DNA of 64,000 nucleotides from Minutocellus sp. GHC0000111. Lineage: Eukaryota. The stretch lies in the NCBI GenBank assembly GCA_977018835.1, contig OZ361261.1, positions 2,170,001 to 2,234,000 on the forward strand. Direction: 5' to 3'. The translations under genes were made by a program, and so were the position numbers. The notes below the pieces were generated by a model, which saw nothing but the letters and a program-made list of their open reading frames with translations, was not told the DNA's origin and searched no databases. Positions 56,717 through 64,000 of the stretch are shown here, piece after piece; position 1 is the first letter of the stretch; every line of letters starts with the position of its first letter.

Positions 56717-57970
56717 TTACATTTCGAAGTGGCATTTATCTTCGATGAGGTCCCTCCACTCTTTACGGCGGTATCCAGAGCAATGTTTAGCATCGCTCTT
56801 GCACTGTAACAAAAAATGAGGGAGAGAAAGGGAGATGAGGATATACGCAGCCAAAAAGGAGAAGAGAAGTGAAAATTTATCATCATAGCGCTAGTTCGAT
56901 TTCAACGACGATGCCCTGGGTGTACTCACATCCCTCCTGCACTCTTTCCTGATGCACCTCCTCTCCCTCCTGTAGCCGTGGTAATGATCTTTGCAGTCGT
57001 CAACGCACTACATATATGTAATTGTAAATCGTCAGATGATCGTCCGAAGAAGCAGCAATGGTTAGAATATCATGGTATTTTAATAGGTGAAGTATCAATC
57101 ACTTGGCACATGCACTTCAGTACGTGATACGTGGCATGATGATCGAAATACTTACCTCGCAGCAATCTTCGTAACAATCGTCGTCGTCGTCGTCATCGTC
57201 ACCATCGCCACCGCGTCCTTCTCCGGCATCTCTGCAATCTCCATCGACAAAGCACTACGTGTATGTAGAAATCGGCGCCACAAAGCATAAGAATTTCAAA
57301 AGTGAGCTCAATGAGCGAGATACTTCCGATTTCAAAGAAAACGACCGATACACATATATGCAGTACAAAAAAGATGCAGTGAGCACTCACATCGTTTACG
57401 CAAGAATCAAACTGCCTCTCGCAGTCATGTTTGTCGTGGTATTTTTCGCACATTTCTTCGCAGCAATCCTTGCATCGACCAGTACTCGATTTCCGTCCGC
57501 ATTCGCGCTCTTCCGAAGCCCAGAGATTATCATACTTACAATCACCATCGTCATCGCGCCCCTCATCTTCTCCGGCATCTTTGCAATTACCATCTTTGTA
57601 GCACTACCCGTGTGGAGAAAGACGAGAAACACGACGCGAATGAATAGTGAGACGGATTCAAACAAAGCACAATATATATTTCACTCGAACTCTTGTAGGA
57701 TATGTAAAGATACACACACACGAGCGCAAGCGGGCGTTTGTAAACACCTTGAATACATGTACTCACATCGTCGACACAGGAATCAAACTCGTCATCACAG
57801 TGAGCTTCATGCCAGGGGCGGCAGTAGTATTCGCAGCAGTCCCTACAATCACTAGGGCTATCCTTCTTTCCACAGTTCTGCTCTTGATACAAATAGATAT
57901 TCTCAGAACTGCACCCGGCAGCAACAATGGCCGGTCCTGCCGTCATCATAACAATCCAAAGGATCTTCAT
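56717..57970 (-). CDS. Five-exon secreted Cys-rich protein (226 aa, 30 Cys)
   Basis: Exons 57970-57767, 57603-57391, 57254-57156, 57007-56930 and 56803-56717. All introns are GT-AG, phase 0. The spliced frame is open from ATG to TAA, with a hydrophobic N-terminus. Confidence 0.8.
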
Positions 57971-59041
57971 CGTTTGCTCTTTTCTTGATTGATTGAGTGG
58001 ATCAGTAGATGCTATGTATCGTGGTCTGATTTGTTTTTGTGGTTATCGCAAAGCTGAACGAGTGTCAGCCATAGCCGTAGCAGCGGCGCCATCGATGTGA
58101 TGGGTTCGGGTGAAACACGAGCTGTAACATGAGAAGAAGAACTTTCCTTGCCAACCAAGAAGAACTTTCCCAACGTCGAGGCGCCCTTGCGCACACAATT
58201 ATCCAGCAGCTAGCCGTCTCGTGCGATCGTGGCTTTCTGCAGGAAGTTTCTCGAGGAAATTTCAGTGGTAAAGGGGATAGGAAGTTCCTAGGCCTACTAC
58301 GTAGCTGGATCGCCGGCTTTCCGATCTTGTTGCATTCCCTTTCATTTGGTTCGAGGCTTTTCCCACACGAGCCGTTCACACTTCATCATTTTCTTCGCAA
58401 ACATGTCTCATCTGTCAAAACGCATTCTTTGACCGTCCAACACCATGGTGGTCCGTCGGCGTTGCGCCGGCGTATAACTACATTTTCGTACCAAACACGC
58501 ATTCATTATCATGTTTGGATGTAGTTGAAGCTCACTGTGTCCTCAGATTGGCCTCCGCTCGCTGCGCATCAACGCCACGAACCATCGGCCTGCTTTTCCT
58601 CCATCTGTCGGCCGTTCGTTTCTCTGGGGTGGTGCCATTGCTCCGTCTTTGTGCTCGTCGTGCTCCCGTTGTGATGCCCCAGACCCTCTGGTACTTTCCC
58701 ACGTTGTTGTTGATGATAAACTGCCGGGATTGCGCCGCACCCCCCGCATGACCGACTCTCGCTGATCCCGACCGATCGCATCCCCACTCGACCTCCCGGA
58801 GCTCCGACAATGACTTTGCGCCCGAGGAGAGACAGATAGCATTGGGATAAGTTTTTGCAACAATCAACCCGACAAAGGGACTTTTTGGTCTGGGAGATAA
58901 ATGGGTGAGTTAAGAAGGACGTGATGTGTTTGTTTGGGTGTGCTGTTTGCTTTTTTGCTCAATCGCGACACTGTTTGAAAAAGTTGGATTGTGCAACTCA
59001 TTTGTCATTGTGTAGCAGCAGTGTAATTTCATTTTCTAATT

Positions 59042-60500
59042 TTACACATGCCCTGCTCCCATCTCTGCATCCTCATCTCCATCGGTGGCCATCATGATCA
59101 TTTGTTGGCGCTTGTCATCAGTTTCTGCTTTAACAGCTTCGGTCCTTGTCCTTTTCTTTGTTCTTGCCACCCGAGAGTTTCGCTCCCGCCTCTCCTCAAC
59201 CTTTGGATTGGATGCCCTCTCCTCAGCCTTGAACTGCGCCGTCTGTTGGGCCTCATGTCCCTTGACGCCCTGAGTCCGACGATCTTCCTTAACGCCCTCT
59301 TGGTGGGCTCGCTCTACAAACGATTCGTCGAGCCAATGGATGCCGCCCCATCCATTCTTCACTAGCCAATTGTGTTGGTCCAAGATGTGATCTTCGAGCA
59401 AGTGCCACTTGGGCGTTGTGCTAACACCGATTGCCCGTGCTTGCTTGAGGGCACTTGCAATCAATGCTTCAAGCTCTCTCACAGCCTTCTTTGCCTCATC
59501 ATCCCATTTCATGCACCATTTCAGAAACCTGGAACATGTTGCGTCAAGAGTGTGGAGCAAATTAGAGCAAGCTTTGCAGAGCTCTTTGATGTCGTCATCC
59601 GTCATGCCATCTTCCTCGCGATTGTGCTCTAGGAGAGTTCCTTTGGTGGAGGTGTTGTGGTGGATGAACTCTGTTGTCCTTGGTTTCTTCTTGTTGTTGC
59701 CATCATCAGAAATGTCAGTGGATGAAGCTCTCCAGCATTCTGCCAGCACTGCCCTTATTTTACCTGAGTCGGCCGCCTCAATGCCGGCCTTTTTCAGGAA
59801 GTGGAAGTGAGGGGCATCGTCATCCTCGGCATCATCGACAGCTCCCATCTCTGGCTCGCCATCGTCACCGCGCTTCTGACGATTCTTCTCAAAGCACTGC
59901 TGCATGCATGCTTCATGTGCAGCGTCCTCTCTTGCAATGTCAGCTTCGTCCTCACAACAGGGCACACAGTCCTCGTCTTCGTCGTCATCGTCCTCACTGA
60001 TCTCGCCGGCCTCCGTCGTGGTCAGGGTGCCCACCGTCCCAACGTCGTCGTCATTGTCCCACCCATCGTCCTGAGGACAGACAACCAGAGTGGATGGGAT
60101 GAAATGGCATCAAGACACTGCCTTGCCGACGACGTTCAGCGAACCCCATGCAAAAAGAGCATGTTTGTTCGCCTCGGTTCTATCAATCCTCGTGCAGCCG
60201 ACGCTCTCCATGATGATGGATGGATGGCTTTCGACATGCATTCCTCAAGTCGGTCGCACCACATGTGTCGGTGGGATATGCGGCGATGGACTACGAAATC
60301 AACAGGCAGATGTTGCTCGAGGCCCAGAAGTTCCCTGGTGGGTGCAATGGCCAGTTTGTTTGGAAATGTCATCAACAACCACCATCATTGGATTGGACAT
60401 CACTGCTTGGACATCACCTCATTTTCCATTGTTGGAGAACTTCATTTTGCTTGTTTTGTGTGAATGCAACCAACCTTTTTTCCCGGTCTTTTGAGTTCAG
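59042..60500 (-). pseudogene. Degenerate DDE transposase-like sequence with RAG1/Transib-type C-terminal motif
   Basis: TTPKWHLLEDH...GGIHWLDESFVERAHQ (H-x4-H plus downstream Glu). Upstream frames are broken; no TIRs identified. Confidence 0.5.
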
Positions 60501-60815
60501 GATTTCATGCAAAATGTCCTTGTGCCGGTAGGCGTGCACGGACTGCATGTGTGTTGATTGATGAGCATTTTTCACACTTTTCGCCTTTCTCTCCCTCTCC
60601 CTCTCTCCATTTTCAGGAAAATGTCTTCGTGACGCTCAGAAACTTGGAAAAACACCTCTTTTGCCCTCAACTTCCCGCTTCGCTCGGCACTTCGAGCACA
60701 TGACGTTTCGTCAATATTGTTTGAAGGATTCGGCGTCCCTTACTTCGCCAATTCCCTTGCTTGATAACAGGCTTACTAGTACAAAAGTTCCGCAAAGGTA
60801 TTATTCTATAACAGC

Positions 60816-63009
60816 ATGGGACTGAAAAAGATCCTCTTCGGGGAAGGGGAGGGATATGATTATGGGTGAGTGTTCCTTGACGCCCTCTGGATATTTTTTG
60901 TGCGATGATGGGGAAGGCACCCATCAACTCATTCAAATGCATCCTCATGTATCCCCGTGTGCGTGCTCAATACCCTGCTTTGATATCTATTGACTTGATT
61001 TATCGTGCGTTCACTCCCCATGCAGAGCCCTTTGTATGCCCACGATGCCCTATTGTGGCAAGGCGAGGCATCTGGCGCGGTTTTATCCAATCGACGAGCC
61101 CTTGCCCCTCCTTATCTCTCTCCTGATGGGCCTACAACACGCATTCGCCATGGTCGGAGGCCTAATCACTCCTCCCTATGTCGTCTTCCGGTTCACCATT
61201 GACTTCATGAATGTCGAGCTTCAGCAGTACGCCATCGTCGCTGCCTTGATCACCAGTGGTATCTGTACCATCATCAATGTTTTCCGTGTTCCGATCCCCA
61301 TGACCAAAAAGTTATTCGGACGGCAGCTCTATATCGGCAGTGGGCTGCTTAGCGTGATGGGCACATCCTTCACCTTCCTCCCAATCTTTGAGATCGCCAT
61401 CCAACAGATGAAGGCGGATGGTATTGACGGGACCGTCGCTTACGGCAAGATGCTTGGCACCAGTGCTCTTTGTGCGTTGCTGGAAATTCTGTTCTCCGTC
61501 ATCCCAGGTCGGATCATTCAAAAGATCTTCCCGCCCGTCGTTTGTGCGATCACCGTGACACTAATTGGTGTCGCTCTGACCGGCACTGGGATGAAATATT
61601 GGGGAGGAGGCGTCGTGTGTGCTGATATGATCTGGAAGGAGCATTCCCAGGTCGTCGATTCTGTCGGCTCCGGGGAGGATGATCCTGTGTCGGCTATTCC
61701 CAGCGCCACTTGTCAGAACGGATCCGTCCGCCTTCCCTATGGATCGGCGGAATTCATTGGCTTGGGATTCAGCGTTCTTGTCTTTCTCGTTTTCATTGAA
61801 TTGTTGTAAGTGTGCACCCGCGCCATGGCGTCCTGTTGGATTGATATCTTTTGTGTAATTTCCTGTGCTTTTGACTTGTAGCTAAACGCGGGCGATCGCT
61901 CCATTTCTTTCGCTGTTCCTTTCGACTACGATCACATTCGACATTCACTTGGCTATGACAGTGGATCGACCTTCATGAAGAATTGCAATGTCATCCTCGC
62001 TCTTCTCTTCGGTTACATGGTCGCTGGACTATCGAATTATGAGGGCATGCCCTACGTCGATTCCTCCAAAATTGAGAGTGCTCCGCCCATCGATTTCCTT
62101 TGGACTCACTGGTTCGGCCTCGGTCTTTATGGCCCAGCAGTCATTCCTTTGCTGATTGCCTACATTGTGACGACAGTGGAGACCGTCGGTGATATCACTG
62201 CCACGCATGAAGTGTCGGAGCTCAATGTCAAATCCAAAGAGTACACTCGAAGGGTGCAGGGTGGATTGATGGCCGATGCCGTTTGCTCGATCCTCGCATC
62301 TTTGTTTACTTCCATGCCCAACACAACGTTTTCTCAAAACAATGGTGGCATTGCCTTGACCAAGTGCGCCTCACGGAGGGCTGGTTTTGCGACTGGATTC
62401 TGGCTCATTCTCATGGGCGTTTTGTCCAAAATCGCCGGCATCATCACCTCCATCCCTGACGCCGTTTTGGGTGGGATGACGATCTTCTTATTTTGCAATG
62501 TCCTGGTTTCCGGTATCTCTCTTTTTGGTAGTCTGAATCTAAAGAGTCGCCGTATACGATTCATCACGGCCATGTCCTTGGCAGTTGGCGTTGGTGTCAC
62601 TGTTTGGCCCTTTGCTTTCCAGGACATGCGCGCATCGTCTTACACTGCCGCCTTTTGGACTTGTGCTGATTGCAGCCCCACATTGCAGGGCTTCCGTAAT
62701 GGAGTATCCATCTTCCTCTCTACCGGATATTGCATTGGCTCTGTTATTGCCATTATTTTGAATGGTATTCTTCCCGAAGATCCCGAGGAGCCCAATATCA
62801 AGGAGAGCGTGCATTGGTCAATGATTGGAACCGAGTCGAATGCTTTTGACAAAAGTATCAAGCAATCCGACTCGGGTGGTTTGGAGAAAGTGAATGAGGA
62901 AGACTTTGGCGACGAAAATGATGAGCCTGGTAATTCTGGTGGTTCGTCAGACGACAAATTCGTCGACAGCCCGGAAGAAGGCGTGCCAAAAGATCAAGAC
63001 TACGCTTGA
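60816..63009 (+). CDS. NCS2/NAT uric acid-xanthine permease (UapA/UapC-like), 3 exons
   Basis: Exons 60816-60865, 61026-61805 and 61962-63009 with phase-consistent GT-AG introns. Motifs GLQHAFAM, ETVGD and the NAT signature FSQNNGGIALTKCASR. Confidence 0.92.
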
Positions 63010-63186
63010 ATTCTTTTTTCTTTCCTTTGATTGTCCCCGAATTTCTTCCGTTCTTTGTACATACGTTCTCTATTTTGTGGTGGTTCCGATTTACTGGTAT
63101 TAGTTAGGACGCAGATAAAGTTATAGTTGTGATTTTTAGAGTTGAGCAGTTTTATGCACATACATGGTCTTTTCAAAAGTTGCCAG

Positions 63187-64000
63187 CTAGCCAATGCCGT
63201 ACCCGCCATGCCTTCGCCCCTTCCCGGGCTTGACATGTTGAGGCTTCTTTGACTTTGGCGCTTTTGCCTCGGCGGTATCGAAAACTTTTGCCATTTTCTT
63301 GCCCAGACTTTTGGCTTCGGATCGGTTCAGTGTCCATGCTATGTTGTAGGGCGGCAGTTGGTATATCGGCCTGCTTTCAAAGGGATCTTCTTCTGACAAT
63401 GCTTGAGATTTGCCTTCTACCTCATCTTCCCTCTCTTCACCTCTTTCGTTATCTTCCGCATCCTCGTCCTCATCGTCAGTTGGAGGAGAAACTCCAGCCT
63501 CTATCAGACCAGGAATTTCGGAATACGCAAGACATGCGGTCGCAACTTCATCGAATGTTTGTGGTAGTCTTAAAGGAGATAAATCCACCACCAATTCGTC
63601 TTCACCGGTGCTACCCTTGTGAAGGACGATGCAGGCCTGACCTCTGGCGTCGCATAAGCTTCTATATGTGTTCAATAGCGGAGCATCCCTCCTTTGCGAT
63701 CTCCATCCAGAACCACCGATTTCCAGCATGCCCTTTCGCCTTGCCTGATCAAAAAGCTGCCGCTCGTCAGCATTGAGTCTGTGCGGCACACCTCGAGAAC
63801 CTGTTCCCTTCTTCTTTGCTGGTTTGCCCCAAGATATCCGTTCTACATCTTGCACATCCGGTCTCCAACACTTGTCTCGCGCCGTCCAGAACGTGTCAGC
63901 GGCGGGAACTGCTCGGTTTGATGCAGCAGCACTCCTGCTTTTCTTGGCAAAAAGACGCAAATTCGACGGTAGCAATCGATTAGTTTTGACAATGGCGTTG
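63187..64000 (-). CDS. Conserved algal hypothetical protein (5' partial)
   Basis: GSRGVPHRLN..ER...GSGWR..R...PLLN..R..CDA...VDLSPLR. The frame stays open to the window edge. Confidence 0.65.
   Translation of the reverse strand, partial: NAIVKTNRLLPSNLRLFAKKSRSAAASNRAVPAADTFWTARDKCWRPDVQDVERISWGKPAKKKGTGSRGVPHRLNADERQLFDQARRKGMLEIGGSGWRSQRRDAPLLNTYRSLCDARGQACIVLHKGSTGEDELVVDLSPLRLPQTFDEVATACLAYSEIPGLIEAGVSPPTDDEDEDAEDNERGEEREDEVEGKSQALSEEDPFESRPIYQLPPYNIAWTLNRSEAKSLGKKMAKVFDTAEAKAPKSKKPQHVKPGKGRRHGGYGIG

Noticed and set aside
58860..60670. Candidate TIRs around the RAG1/Transib-like remnant
   Set aside because: No convincing inverted match or TSD found by eye.

Overview
Gene-dense eukaryotic DNA, most likely from a diatom. 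Support: short GT-AG introns, signal peptide + ASAF-like plastid targeting, a CoDi-type Copia remnant and diatom-type protein families. Housekeeping-type genes (RING-BRCT BRCA1-like, GT92-like, LPA3-like DUF1995, ferredoxin-domain protein, DHHC, DUF1279, MO25, NCS2 purine permease) surround a dynamic 14-60 kb region. That region contains: (i) a local segmental duplication (about 14.1-21.9 kb vs 31.3-37.2 kb) with reciprocal gene loss and copy-specific TE insertions; (ii) a ~9 kb, 7-exon gene for a membrane-tethered M66 (StcE/dictomallein-like) zinc protease with 10 Ca-EGF repeats, TSP3-like repeats and a TM helix, lying downstream of a conserved GCAGGTCAT motif cluster; (iii) other secreted proteins, namely a Cys-rich VOMI protein, a tandem cathepsin H with a dead second domain, and a 5-exon 30-Cys protein missed by the ORF track; (iv) mobile DNA, namely a short non-TG..CA LTR element, two MITE-like elements, an intact DD38D mariner with an HMG-box-like region, a LINE fragment and a RAG1/Transib-like remnant. 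Several genes carry frameshifts or stops that may reflect real decay or assembly error. All family assignments come from motif recognition by eye, not from database searches.
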